Shown here piece by piece: positions 1 through 9,814 of a stretch of DNA of 64,000 nucleotides (position 1 is its first letter; each line of letters opens with the position of its first letter). The position numbers and the translations under genes are program-made. Source of the stretch: a phage. The stretch is from NCBI GenBank assembly GCA_033286805.1, contig GCA_033286805.1_4727.1; one strand, 5' to 3'. The notes under the pieces are model-generated. The model did not search any database, was not told the DNA's origin, and was given only the letters and a program-made list of their open reading frames with translations.

Positions 1-456
1 AGCGATTGCCAAATTCTGTTTGTATAACGTATTCCCAGTTGTGAAGTCGAATCCAAAACTGTTCCCATACCGTAGGTGCGGTGCCAGCGTTGACGAAGCT
101 TCGAAGCTTTGCGCGATGGGTTTACGACCAACGGCTTTTGTGTAGTGACGGCGGATGTTGCTGAGTTCGAGCTGTAGTGCGCGACTACGATCGATAAACC
201 GTGCGATAAACGCGGTAATGTTCCGCAACGTTGTCCAGATCGCATCGATGATGGCTTTGATGATTTTCATCGCAAGCTGATTGTACGATTCCATCGTGAG
301 GAGATCAGCACTTTCTGTGGTATAACCGGTTGCCGGAATACCGCCTGCTTGCTGATAAATAAGCTGGTGAATTTGTCGTTGCGTTGCTGTCTCTGGCACA
401 GGTAATGTTTTTAACAAGCTTAACGCTTGAATCTGTCCGTCATAGGTCTGCAGCAT
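1..456 (-). CDS. hypothetical protein, 3' end runs off the window edge (begins MLQTYDGQIQAL)
   Basis: ATG at 456-454 preceded by GAGGAAA; frame checked open for ~40 codons towards position 1; start overlaps the end of the upstream gene. Confidence 0.45.
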   Translation of the reverse strand, partial: MLQTYDGQIQALSLLKTLPVPETATQRQIHQLIYQQAGGIPATGYTTESADLLTMESYNQLAMKIIKAIIDAIWTTLRNITAFIARFIDRSRALQLELSNIRRHYTKAVGRKPIAQSFEASSTLAPHLRYGNSFGFDFTTGNTLYKQNLAIA

Positions 457-1741
457 TGCTGGTTTCCTCAAGTTCGAGATGCGCGTCAAGATAATCATTA
501 AGACCGTCGATGACGTCGCAGACAGTTAACAGGAATCGGGCAAAAGCAACCGCCTGGAAGCCGACGACGTTACGCGCGATACCCACACGTTGAACGATAG
601 CGGATGCGGTGGTATCGTCGTTGTCCATCTGTTGTAGCAAACGCTCGTAAGGTTGAATCCATTCGTCCTGGTCGGCAAGGCTTGTTTCAAGACAACGTTT
701 AAATTCCAACTGTCGTAGCGTAGACCATAACGTACTTAATGCGTTGATGATCGCGTTGGTTCCGTCGATAACATCGTTTAACGGTAAGAAACGGAATCCG
801 TCTTTTGCTGATTGGAAAGGTACAGCCTCCCACACAACACTGAACTGCGTTCCTGATGCGTCTTCGATGTTGTGTAATTTAAGGTAGGAAGCACCAACAG
901 GAACGTCAACGACCAGATCGTCTGTTCCGGTAGGTGTTAACGGTTTCTCGCATAACGCATCGTTGATGACTTCGAGGATATTCTCCCAACAGGCTTCGTT
1001 TTCTGCAGCGATACCTTCTTTGTTATCCGCTGATGGTGCTTTTAGTAGCTGCATTAATAACGGATCGAGTTGACGATGCCATGCTGCGAGGATTCCTGTG
1101 TTCGTTACGATGTTTTCTGCGGTTTGTCGTAAATCAGCAATGCTGCTCACCGCACCGCCTTTCGGATGAAGATATCGCCAGTTGTAAGGAAAGTTCTCCC
1201 AGAATGCGTTATCTTCATTAACATCGTATTCGGAAATAGTTTTCAACGCAGCCGCTTTCTTTAATAACGGCTTCACCTGACGAACGAATCGACGATAACA
1301 ACGATTGCAGATATCGATCGCGTAGCGGTATAATTCGTTCATGTAAAGCCATAACGCTCGGGTTGCTTCTTTTGCGGTCTTGTCAAAACTTTCCATGTTC
1401 AAGCTCATCCCGCTGGAAGTTTCCTCTTCCATACCTTCGATGATGTGGTTTGGATCCATCCCCATCCCGGCTGCTGCGGTCGATGCGATATGTTTGATGG
1501 TGTTGATATCGCGTTCCTCGACTTCAGCCATGTTTGGGACAATATCCAGCCTGAGTTTATTTAATGTTTGAAGGTGTTGTTCACCTTCTTTCATCACCGT
1601 GTTTGTTTCGTCGATTGAGTGAAACTGATTCTCAATATTACTGGCATCGAGAATGTTGCCAGCGATACCGAACGATTCTACAGGTTCATCATCAATCCCT
1701 TGAAACAACGATGTCATGGGTTGTTGTAACACGTTTTCCAT
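440..1741 (-). CDS. putative virion/internal protein, paralog family member
   Basis: 433-aa ORF, ATG with GGAG SD; shares a central segment (IIEGM...) with neighbouring paralogs. Confidence 0.65.
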   Translation of the reverse strand: MENVLQQPMTSLFQGIDDEPVESFGIAGNILDASNIENQFHSIDETNTVMKEGEQHLQTLNKLRLDIVPNMAEVEERDINTIKHIASTAAAGMGMDPNHIIEGMEEETSSGMSLNMESFDKTAKEATRALWLYMNELYRYAIDICNRCYRRFVRQVKPLLKKAAALKTISEYDVNEDNAFWENFPYNWRYLHPKGGAVSSIADLRQTAENIVTNTGILAAWHRQLDPLLMQLLKAPSADNKEGIAAENEACWENILEVINDALCEKPLTPTGTDDLVVDVPVGASYLKLHNIEDASGTQFSVVWEAVPFQSAKDGFRFLPLNDVIDGTNAIINALSTLWSTLRQLEFKRCLETSLADQDEWIQPYERLLQQMDNDDTTASAIVQRVGIARNVVGFQAVAFARFLLTVCDVIDGLNDYLDAHLELEETSNAADL

Positions 1742-1767
1742 TTGGGACTCCTACGTAGGAAAATCTT

Positions 1768-1816
1768 GGCGGGTGATCATGTCCGCCATTTACCTTCTGA
1801 ACCGTTGATTCAGAAG
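1768..1816. promoter_or_regulatory. two further hairpins in the same leader (GGCGG...CCGCC and CTTCTGAA...TTCAGAAG)
   Basis: Inverted repeats at 1768-1787 and 1794-1816 between the terminator hairpin and the start at 1741. Confidence 0.4.
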
Positions 1817-1848
1817 TCAAAAGATAACCGGATACCAACGTCATAAAA

Positions 1849-1881
1849 CCTTCCTCCAACCCAACAGGGAAGGAGGAAGGG
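1849..1881. terminator. GC-rich hairpin element CCTTCCTCC-AACCCAACAGGGA-AGGAGGAAGG
   Basis: 9-bp stem read directly; flanked by CATAAAA on the left; 10 nt downstream of the minus-strand stop at 1891. Confidence 0.6.
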
Positions 1882-1890
1882 ATATAGTGG

Positions 1891-3180
1891 TTATGCTTTT
1901 TCGGTTACAGCGTCGAAGTATTTCGCTGCAGCAAATACAGCATCTGCATATTGACGGTTAGCAACACGGAGGATCTTAGCTGCTAATACTGCACTCAAGC
2001 GTGCCATTTCAGAAATGGCGCTTATATAAGGGCGAACGGTTTCACGATCTGCTTCCGGTAGATTGTCGAGCATACCGTCCCATTTAGTTTTAATTTTCAT
2101 ACCGTTTAGTTTAGCAGTACGTTCGACAGTACTCGTTAAACTTTCGGTCTGGCGGAAATATGCAGGGTCAACAATACGAAATACGTTAAGATACGAAGTC
2201 AGTGCGGCTTTCAATTCGTCGTCGTTATTGAAAATGTTCGCGTTTTCGATATTACCGGTCGCGGTTTCTTCAACTTCGATCTGAATATTCTTCACGAGCG
2301 CGCAGGCCTTAATGGTATCTTTCTCAGCCAAAAGAGCGTCAAGACCTTTAACAACATATCGTTTCCCACCGCTTTCTGGTATTTTGAGTCCTTTTAACGC
2401 AGGCTTGATAGCGTAAATATAATCGTCCAGAATATCGGCAAGTGTCGTCAAATCGGTTAGTTTATTAACTTTCTTGTTAATGTCGTCAGTTTGGAGTAGT
2501 AAAAAAGTGGATGCTTGTGTGGATGCCGCTAACTGCTCAATATGTTTACGAATCTCCAACGCGTTAACCGTTTTTGCGTTAGGGAACATGCTAATCATAT
2601 TCCCGGTCGGTTTATTTAGTTGTTTGATGTGACGCTCGCCTTTATTTACAGCGGTTGCAACATCAGTAATTTTTTTATACGCTACAGCAAGGTTTTTGAA
2701 AAGCAGCTGAATCAGTTTACATAACTGTTCAGCCATGTTCGCAATGATTACCCAAACTGCGTATAACGCTTGCGCAGCGCGTTCTTTAAAGCCTTCCAGT
2801 ACGATAGCTTGCCCTTCCACCAAACGATCGTCAGCTTGGAACATGTCTTCATCAGACATCCCCAGGTTTGCTGCTGACGTCGAAGCAATCTGACGGATAA
2901 GGGCGATGTCGCTCGCACGTGCTTCAGGGATCGTAGGTGCGATCATGTACGCGGTATCTTCCAGCGTTGCTGAGGTACGCACCGCAATTTCAGCCAGTTC
3001 GCTGGATTCATCGATTGTCTCGTCGGTACGTCGAATCACCAACTCAACTTCGTCCTCTTCGATTTCTGCGTTGGGATCATTTTGCTCCGCTGGAATTGCC
3101 GCAAGAAGATCTTCGGCGCTGAGCAGTGCGAGTTCGAATGCGTTTTTATTGACGTTATCAAAAAGAGAGATGCGGGCCAT
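1891..3180 (-). CDS. putative virion/internal protein, paralog family member
   Basis: 429-aa ORF, ATG with SD; central motif RLVEGQAIVLEGFKERAAQA paralogous to the 3190-4506 product. Confidence 0.7.
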   Translation of the reverse strand: MARISLFDNVNKNAFELALLSAEDLLAAIPAEQNDPNAEIEEDEVELVIRRTDETIDESSELAEIAVRTSATLEDTAYMIAPTIPEARASDIALIRQIASTSAANLGMSDEDMFQADDRLVEGQAIVLEGFKERAAQALYAVWVIIANMAEQLCKLIQLLFKNLAVAYKKITDVATAVNKGERHIKQLNKPTGNMISMFPNAKTVNALEIRKHIEQLAASTQASTFLLLQTDDINKKVNKLTDLTTLADILDDYIYAIKPALKGLKIPESGGKRYVVKGLDALLAEKDTIKACALVKNIQIEVEETATGNIENANIFNNDDELKAALTSYLNVFRIVDPAYFRQTESLTSTVERTAKLNGMKIKTKWDGMLDNLPEADRETVRPYISAISEMARLSAVLAAKILRVANRQYADAVFAAAKYFDAVTEKA

Positions 3181-3189
3181 GTTAGTTCC

Positions 3190-4506
3190 TTAACCTTTGG
3201 TATAAGCTTTAACGAGAGTGTTGATAAATGAGGTCAATGCACGAAGATATTGGTAAGCGAATTGGTTTTCAATACGGTTCTCTTTACCGCAAAGCAGAAT
3301 CGCGCGCTTAACGAGCTTAGGATAGATCTCAACGTACGGTTGGTAGCTTGCATCAAAATTCTGTTCGTTGAAGCGTTTCATGGTGATTTCCTGGATGCGC
3401 TCCATGGTACGAATTTTATTGCGAGAGAACATCTCAGAGAAAGCACGTCCGCGTTTTGTTACCATCAACAGATCTTTCGCGAACGTCAGTTGTCGAACGC
3501 TACGCAAATCGTCAGGTGTCGGCAGGACGTACGTTTCCGGGTCACTATCCCATTCAACATCTTCAACGACAATATCCAAGTCGAGGTAACGTTTAACCGC
3601 ATCGACGATATTGTCTTTTGATGCGTCGAATTCTTTCAAGAAGACCGCGCCGTTGATGTAACGAATGCGTTTTCCGGAAACCGTTGGAGTGATAACGTCA
3701 GTACCTTCCACGGAACCGCGATTTTCCAGCGTTGATTTGACAGCGTTCAAGAAAGACAGGTAATCAACGGGAAGTTTTTCAACCTTATCTAAATGGAAGT
3801 CGATGATGTTTAACCCCAACCCATCAATAACCGAATAGCCGTCCGATTTAAGGAACATCTGATTGAAGGTATCAATGTTGCTTTTCAGCGTGTCTACACC
3901 ACCAACGTTGTTACGGTTAGGGAAAAGTGTCCGCCACTCCGCTTTAAACGCAACTTCTTTATTTTCCTTGTATTTGCCTTTAGGCATTTGTTCGAGGTCT
4001 GCAACGGCTTTCTGAAAATTGCGCGTCTCGTCGTAAACAAGACGGGTAAGCTTCTCGAAGGCTGCTGCCAAGGTCAGGGCAATATCAACAATGATATCCC
4101 AGATCTTTTTCATGGCTTTTACAACGGTGTCCTTAAACCCTTCAACAACCAAAGCTTCTCCAACTTCAACACGATCGGTTGGAGTCAGCAATGCTTCGGA
4201 GGGTAGACCCAGAGCAATCGATGCGGATTCTTGCACATTACGAACTAATGCAACGTCACTGTAGTTAGCCGATTCGATAGTCGGAGCAACATCAAAACTG
4301 ATTTCCCGTAATGCGGCAACAGCAGGGAAAGCACGATCAAGTGCATCTTCATGTTCGTCGATTGTCGCCAAACGTAATTCAACGCCATCAGCATCGATGA
4401 CATCGGCTGTAGGCTCCACAGCAAGCGCCTCAGCAACAATAGGATCTTTTTCAAACGCCTCAAGGCTGATATCGCCTTGGGTCGCAAATAGCGGTATGTG
4501 TACCAT
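3190..4506 (-). CDS. putative virion/internal protein, paralog family member
   Basis: ORF track starts at TTG 4530; ATG at 4506 has a GGAGA SD. Motif RVEVGEALVVEGFKDTVVKAMKKIW. Confidence 0.7.
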   Translation of the reverse strand: MVHIPLFATQGDISLEAFEKDPIVAEALAVEPTADVIDADGVELRLATIDEHEDALDRAFPAVAALREISFDVAPTIESANYSDVALVRNVQESASIALGLPSEALLTPTDRVEVGEALVVEGFKDTVVKAMKKIWDIIVDIALTLAAAFEKLTRLVYDETRNFQKAVADLEQMPKGKYKENKEVAFKAEWRTLFPNRNNVGGVDTLKSNIDTFNQMFLKSDGYSVIDGLGLNIIDFHLDKVEKLPVDYLSFLNAVKSTLENRGSVEGTDVITPTVSGKRIRYINGAVFLKEFDASKDNIVDAVKRYLDLDIVVEDVEWDSDPETYVLPTPDDLRSVRQLTFAKDLLMVTKRGRAFSEMFSRNKIRTMERIQEITMKRFNEQNFDASYQPYVEIYPKLVKRAILLCGKENRIENQFAYQYLRALTSFINTLVKAYTKG

Positions 4507-4554
4507 GTGTTGTCTCCAGTAATGATTCAAAAGATAAACCTGAGCGGCATAGAA

Positions 4555-4586
4555 CCCTCTCCCAACCCGTCAGGGAAGGGAGAGGG
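4555..4586. terminator. hairpin element CCCTCTCCC-AACCCGTCAGGGAA-GGGAGAGGG
   Basis: Perfect 9-bp stem; flanks CATAGAA and AATATG; between the stop at 4609 and the start at 4506. Confidence 0.65.
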
Positions 4587-4608
4587 AATATGTCAGTTTA
4601 TTAACTGA

Positions 4609-5931
4609 TTACTGCTGTGCTGCGTCAGCCGGTTTCTCAGCCGCCTGGCCGCCGTACTCTTTCAGCATTTTAGCAACGCCATCCAGGACAGCGTTACCTG
4701 CCTGAACACCGTATTTCATCAGACCGGTCTGCGGGTTCACGTAGCAGGAACGTGCGTCTTTCAGCGCAGACAGTACAGCTTGAACACGCTGTTTTTCCTG
4801 AGCGGAAACTTCGCCTTTCTTAGACAGATCGGCTTCCATATCGTCACCGAATTTAACAGCGTCTTTGAAGCCCTGGGATTTCTTACCGATGTTGCCTTTC
4901 AGCGCCAGCAGTTTGTCAGCCAGTACTTCAACACCGCTAACCGCAGCAGCCAGCTGGTTCAGGGACAGGACGGTAGCTTCAACTTCTTTTGCTTCGCCGG
5001 TGCGTTCCCAGGTTACTTTACCATCGTTGGCTTTGAAACCCCAACCTGCCGGACCAGCAACGTCAGCAATCGCCGGAGCGTTCAGTTTATCAGCGTACTC
5101 GGTGTGAGATTTAGCAACAACGGTACCAACGAATTTATCAGCGCGATCGTCAGCAGCCTTCATTGCTTTCTCGAAGGTGTCAGCGATTTTGGTCGCGCCG
5201 GTAACCAGATCGTCGCCACCGATGTAGCCAGAAACGCCGCTACCCAGTTTAACTTTGGTATTTTTAGCAGCGCCTTTACGTTTGGCGATCATTTCTTTCA
5301 GTTTAGCGGCACGTGCTTTCAGCTTGGTTGCGCCGTCGAAGATACGATCCATGAACTTCACGAAGGTTTCCCAGGAAGTCTTCAGGAAGTTCTTGATGGT
5401 TGCCCACAGTTTCTGCCACCATTTTTGTTCTTCCAGGAAGATCATGTTGGTTGCATCGTAGCGGGAAGCGGAACCACCGAAGCTTTCGAAGGACGGCATG
5501 GTTTCCGGCAGTTTGAAACCGATAGTACCGCACAGACGTTTCAGATTACGCATGTGTTCCTGAGCGGTTTGTGCAGACATACCACCGTCTTTCAGGTAGC
5601 TTTCGGTTGCAACAACGGTTTCCGTCAGTTCATCCATGGCTTCGTCCATGGCTTCTGCGGTTTCGTCGTCTTTTGCAATTTCGATAACAACAGCATCAAC
5701 CTGCTCGATATCACCACGAACTTCGATAGCCAGTTCGGTTTCAGCTGCGGTATCTTCAGCGATTTCAGCACGTTCGGTCAGTTCAGCCACAACGGTTTCA
5801 TCCGCTGGTGCAGCATCAGCTGCCGGTTCTGCTTCAACGGTTGCCGCTGCATCCGGATCGATCTCAGCAGCCAGTTGAACCAGCTGTGCGTTAGATGGAT
5901 TTGCGACAAGACGATCAAAAATAGAAGGCAT
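4609..5931 (-). CDS. putative virion protein with acidic Ala/Glu/Asp-rich N-terminal region
   Basis: 440-aa ORF, ATG with AAAGGAAAC SD; the antisense 390-aa ORF is Cys/Phe-rich and was rejected. Confidence 0.7.
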   Translation of the reverse strand: MPSIFDRLVANPSNAQLVQLAAEIDPDAAATVEAEPAADAAPADETVVAELTERAEIAEDTAAETELAIEVRGDIEQVDAVVIEIAKDDETAEAMDEAMDELTETVVATESYLKDGGMSAQTAQEHMRNLKRLCGTIGFKLPETMPSFESFGGSASRYDATNMIFLEEQKWWQKLWATIKNFLKTSWETFVKFMDRIFDGATKLKARAAKLKEMIAKRKGAAKNTKVKLGSGVSGYIGGDDLVTGATKIADTFEKAMKAADDRADKFVGTVVAKSHTEYADKLNAPAIADVAGPAGWGFKANDGKVTWERTGEAKEVEATVLSLNQLAAAVSGVEVLADKLLALKGNIGKKSQGFKDAVKFGDDMEADLSKKGEVSAQEKQRVQAVLSALKDARSCYVNPQTGLMKYGVQAGNAVLDGVAKMLKEYGGQAAEKPADAAQQ

Positions 5932-5971
5932 AATTTGTTTCCTTTACAATAAATTGCACATTAGCTAATGC

Positions 5972-6004
5972 GGCTTAAGTGAACCATCAGCCCACTTAAA
6001 AGCC
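5972..6004. terminator. hairpin TTAAGTG...CACTTAA
   Basis: 7-bp inverted repeat overlapping the 3' end of the 5996-6526 gene. Confidence 0.35.
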
Positions 6005-6526
6005 CTTAAAACCCGGTGCCATAGGTTGCCCAAACACCGCATTCAAAGTACATATGATGTCCTGGATGCCATTGTCCCAATGGAGCCAAGTACGCACCAT
6101 CTCTTCGTCTGACAACGTGATATAACTCATAAGTTTACCGCTGCTTTCCAGACGTTGGTGTGAACTTAACGACTGACGATCTGACCAGTTATCAATCAGT
6201 TGACCAGCAATCTGAACGTTCGTGTCTCGTCTACCCGTGTGAATGAATCGTAGCGTATCACGGATAAACTCCAGACTGGTGAAGTTCAGATTTGGGTTAT
6301 GGCTGTTCATTTCCACCCAATCGGTGATGGGGTACATCAAACGATAAAGGGTAGAAAGAACCTGACGTTCATATTTCCAGTCATCGAGAGGAGTACCGTC
6401 GACCAGACGCTGATACAAACTAACAACGTCACGATCGTAGTTCTCCTGGCGTTTTACGCCGTTAACCGGAAAACCAAAGAACCCGGTACCGTATAATGTT
6501 AAAGGGACGTCACGAAGTGCATTCAT
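5996..6526 (-). CDS. hypothetical protein
   Basis: 176-aa ORF; ATGA start/stop overlap with the upstream gene. Confidence 0.6.
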   Translation of the reverse strand: MNALRDVPLTLYGTGFFGFPVNGVKRQENYDRDVVSLYQRLVDGTPLDDWKYERQVLSTLYRLMYPITDWVEMNSHNPNLNFTSLEFIRDTLRFIHTGRRDTNVQIAGQLIDNWSDRQSLSSHQRLESSGKLMSYITLSDEEMVRTWLHWDNGIQDIICTLNAVFGQPMAPGFKGF

Positions 6527-7425
6527 ACAGCCGCCTCTTCTTTTCGTTTAATATCGTAACGAAGTTTCTTCAGTCGCTCTTCGTGATATTCGATCTGCTG
6601 CTGGATTTTTGGATCGTTGCCCGCATTCTGTTGCTTTTGCTTCAGTGACAAAATCCAATACTCCAACGCTTGGGCTTCTTCTTTGGCTGCTTGTAATGAT
6701 GCTTCTTCACGTTCGCTACGCCAGATGCGATAACGGTAAATAAGCGTGCTGGTCATTTGAGTGTCGGACCATGAGCCCATACGCATCGGGTCAGTATTAC
6801 CCGCGTTGTATAAGCCATTACCAACACCGTCTTCATCAGAAACCACAACATCCGGGATTTTATCCAACCCAGCAAGGATCTGTTGTTTCTGTCCGCACAG
6901 CACCTCGGTGGCAATGGCAAAACCGTACATGTTGGCGGTCAGGTAAGCAATCTCGTTTTTGGTGAAGAACTCACCAAGTGCTTTATCACCACCTGGCATG
7001 CTTTCGCAGATGACCGTTGCACGAAGCAGCGTACGAGCATAGCTAACGTAGAAGCCCAGGGACTCAACAAGACGTACCAGAGCAGCTTCTTTGAAACTTA
7101 GGCCGTCAGCGGCAACATCGATTTCCAGGTTTTTGTTAACACGTTTAACAATTTCTGGAATCAGGTCAACAGCATTACGTAGCGCTAAGTGAACGTTTTC
7201 TACCCAGCTTCCGGAGCGAACGCGGGTTAAACGCTGGTGCAGATCCTTATCAGCAAGTTTCCATAAGGCGCTTTCTCCCTTTTGGAGAAGCGAAGCGGAT
7301 GTCTCGTAGTAAGGAATCGCGGTGTTGTTGATTTCGTCACGGATTGATTCGAGTGCGTCAGCAACACCGGTGCGTTTAAAAAGCGGCTTCAAACCGCGAA
7401 TGAATTCTTTAAAATCGATTGCCAT
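6523..7425 (-). CDS. hypothetical protein
   Basis: 300-aa ORF, ATG with AGGTG SD. Confidence 0.65.
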   Translation of the reverse strand: MAIDFKEFIRGLKPLFKRTGVADALESIRDEINNTAIPYYETSASLLQKGESALWKLADKDLHQRLTRVRSGSWVENVHLALRNAVDLIPEIVKRVNKNLEIDVAADGLSFKEAALVRLVESLGFYVSYARTLLRATVICESMPGGDKALGEFFTKNEIAYLTANMYGFAIATEVLCGQKQQILAGLDKIPDVVVSDEDGVGNGLYNAGNTDPMRMGSWSDTQMTSTLIYRYRIWRSEREEASLQAAKEEAQALEYWILSLKQKQQNAGNDPKIQQQIEYHEERLKKLRYDIKRKEEAAV

Positions 7426-7464
7426 GAGTGAGCACCTATGCTATTTCGAAACAGGTTGCGTGTA

Positions 7465-8571
7465 TTAACGAATCTGTGGGACGTTTCCGGTACGGAGCGC
7501 CTGGAGGATCGTCAGGAGATCGGAACCCGAAGTTGACGAACTGTTGGATTTTTCCAGTTGCTTGAAGCTTACGGTGGTCCCTTGATCCAAGCTGTGGAAA
7601 TAGAAGGTCACCATCTCTTCAGCTTCGTCGATGATGATCAACTGCATTGCGAGGGCTTCAGCCATGACTTTCTGACGTGTGGTATAGTCAGATAAACGAC
7701 GTCCGATCTTACGCTCGATGGCTTCCTGGTTAGCCTTAGAGATGATATAGGTGGAGGCGATGGCTCCAGAAGAAGGGATCTTTGTGCTCGCTGCAGCTTT
7801 TGCGGCATTGATGCGCGCAGCGTTAACAGCCTTACGGATACCCTCTTTATCCATGCGTGAGATTCGTTTATGTTCACGAACCAGATCGCTAAGCAGGATC
7901 ATATCGCTCCAGAAAGATAGCTCACCTGCCATCATGCGATGCCAACGTGCTCGCCAGGTGTTCTGTGGGCCACCGATCGCTAAAATCGATGCAAGCACTT
8001 CCGCCGGTGAACTTGCGATACGCATGCTGATGTTCAACGGCATTTTCATCGTTGCCTGACCATCGGTCAGCGTCACGGTTAAGAACTTGCCGGTAACCGC
8101 GTTCGCATCTTTGTTCAGCAATTCGATCGCAGCGTCGCTGGCTCCAACATCGGCGATATTTTTTTGTTTCCCCTGCAGGTTGAATCCTTTGTCATCAAGG
8201 AAAACAAGGCTTTTGCTATCCGCACTTTCCAGCGCTAATTTAACAGCCTTATCCATCAGGTTAGCGTTACGATTTGGGTTCACACGACCCAGCGTTTTAT
8301 CGACACTGATGTTACCCACCTGCATGATGGTATTCAACGCCAGTAAATAGAACCCGGTATACATGTTTTCAGCGGTGCGCATGCAGTTGCCTAACGCATT
8401 GCGTGCGTCGCTATAATACAACTCACGTTCAAAGATCAACGGCGCGATAACGCGTGAAGGTTGTGAGAGTTCAACCAGCGAACCTGGCTGGATAAGTTTA
8501 TTAACTTCGTAGACTTTAGCGATACCGGACGCAACAACGTTAACAGCGTCGGCAATTTCTGATGCTACCAT
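7465..8571 (-). CDS. hypothetical protein (possibly structural)
   Basis: 368-aa ORF, ATG with AAGGA SD. Confidence 0.65.
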   Translation of the reverse strand: MVASEIADAVNVVASGIAKVYEVNKLIQPGSLVELSQPSRVIAPLIFERELYYSDARNALGNCMRTAENMYTGFYLLALNTIMQVGNISVDKTLGRVNPNRNANLMDKAVKLALESADSKSLVFLDDKGFNLQGKQKNIADVGASDAAIELLNKDANAVTGKFLTVTLTDGQATMKMPLNISMRIASSPAEVLASILAIGGPQNTWRARWHRMMAGELSFWSDMILLSDLVREHKRISRMDKEGIRKAVNAARINAAKAAASTKIPSSGAIASTYIISKANQEAIERKIGRRLSDYTTRQKVMAEALAMQLIIIDEAEEMVTFYFHSLDQGTTVSFKQLEKSNSSSTSGSDLLTILQALRTGNVPQIR

Positions 8572-8605
8572 ATTGAAATCCTTATTTACAAATAAAGGAA
8601 AGAAA

Positions 8606-9811
8606 ATGTCTAATTACTACGACCAAGCTATTCAAACCATTCAGGAGAATAATGCGTCGTTAACACCCGAAGCTGTGGAGGCAGCGGGTAATGCGGTGTT
8701 ATTCACTGATTCGGATTGGGCAATAGCGCGGAAGAATATTCGTACCAGTGTCGGTCAAGGGACATACGAGGACAGTATCGCCAGACGGTATCGGAATGTC
8801 TCACCTATTCCGGGTAACAGTCCGATTCCGATTAACCGCGATCATGCCGGTATTACCTTCTTCACACGACCTAATTTACATCTTACCGACGCGAACTTAA
8901 AACGAGATCGACGTTTGTGGTCGTTACGCACGGATAACCCTAACAGTATTCAGGCTGTTGTCCGCGACTACTTGGACCCTGTGGGTGCCAGAAAGCGGAA
9001 CCATCGAGGACGTGCCATCGTCGATGAGCGCAATCCATTCATAAGTATACTGACGGACAACCTAACGGATATCAGTGGCTTCAACGACATGGAAATGCAG
9101 GTCTATCAGGGCAAACCGGGATTACGCCAAGAAACCGTTGTGATGGCTGACGGTTCGGTGGATATGTTTCAACCCTATAACCTGAACGCGACGTTCAAGA
9201 ACATCATGGGTAACCCCATCATGTTCCTTCATTATATTTGGTTGATTTACATCGCGGGCGTGCATAATGGCGAACTGACGCCAAGCCCTCAGGCCATCAT
9301 TGATAATGAAATGGATTACTGGACAAGATGTTATCGTATCATCTTGGATCCGACTGGGATGTATGTTCGTTATATCTTCGCACCGACCGCGATGTTTCCT
9401 GTCGGACTACCGATTGGTAATATGGCTAACTACAGCATCGATAAACCCTTCACGCAAGATAACGAACGTATCACTATTCCATATCAGGCGGTTGGTAACA
9501 ACGCATTCGATGAGATTCTGAAGGATGAATTCAATCGACTTGTCCTGATGTTCTATTACGGTGAGAACGATACCCGTACGTTCCTTGAAGATGAGGAGCT
9601 GGTACCTATCTCACCCTACGAGCGTCGAATCATGTCGTATCGTGTCGATATGTATCCATTTATTCATCCGTTGACCTCAGAGCTTCTTTGGTTCGTACCC
9701 GCTGATGATTACAACGAATTCTATCTGGATCTTGAGCCGTCGGCGTTACCACCGGATACGTTCAGTCGCGACCTTGTCCGTACCACCATTCCGCAAAATT
9801 ACGAGGGATAA
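8606..9811 (+). CDS. hypothetical protein
   Basis: ORF track start 8573 lacks an SD; ATG at 8606 follows AAAGGAAAG. Confidence 0.65.
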   Translation: MSNYYDQAIQTIQENNASLTPEAVEAAGNAVLFTDSDWAIARKNIRTSVGQGTYEDSIARRYRNVSPIPGNSPIPINRDHAGITFFTRPNLHLTDANLKRDRRLWSLRTDNPNSIQAVVRDYLDPVGARKRNHRGRAIVDERNPFISILTDNLTDISGFNDMEMQVYQGKPGLRQETVVMADGSVDMFQPYNLNATFKNIMGNPIMFLHYIWLIYIAGVHNGELTPSPQAIIDNEMDYWTRCYRIILDPTGMYVRYIFAPTAMFPVGLPIGNMANYSIDKPFTQDNERITIPYQAVGNNAFDEILKDEFNRLVLMFYYGENDTRTFLEDEELVPISPYERRIMSYRVDMYPFIHPLTSELLWFVPADDYNEFYLDLEPSALPPDTFSRDLVRTTIPQNYEG

Positions 9812-9814
9812 TAA

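Noticed and set aside
4780-5952. 390-aa plus-strand ORF antisense to the 4609-5931 gene
   Set aside because: Cys/Phe-rich, low-complexity translation and no Shine-Dalgarno; the minus-strand gene has a good SD and fits the paralog family and local strand bias.
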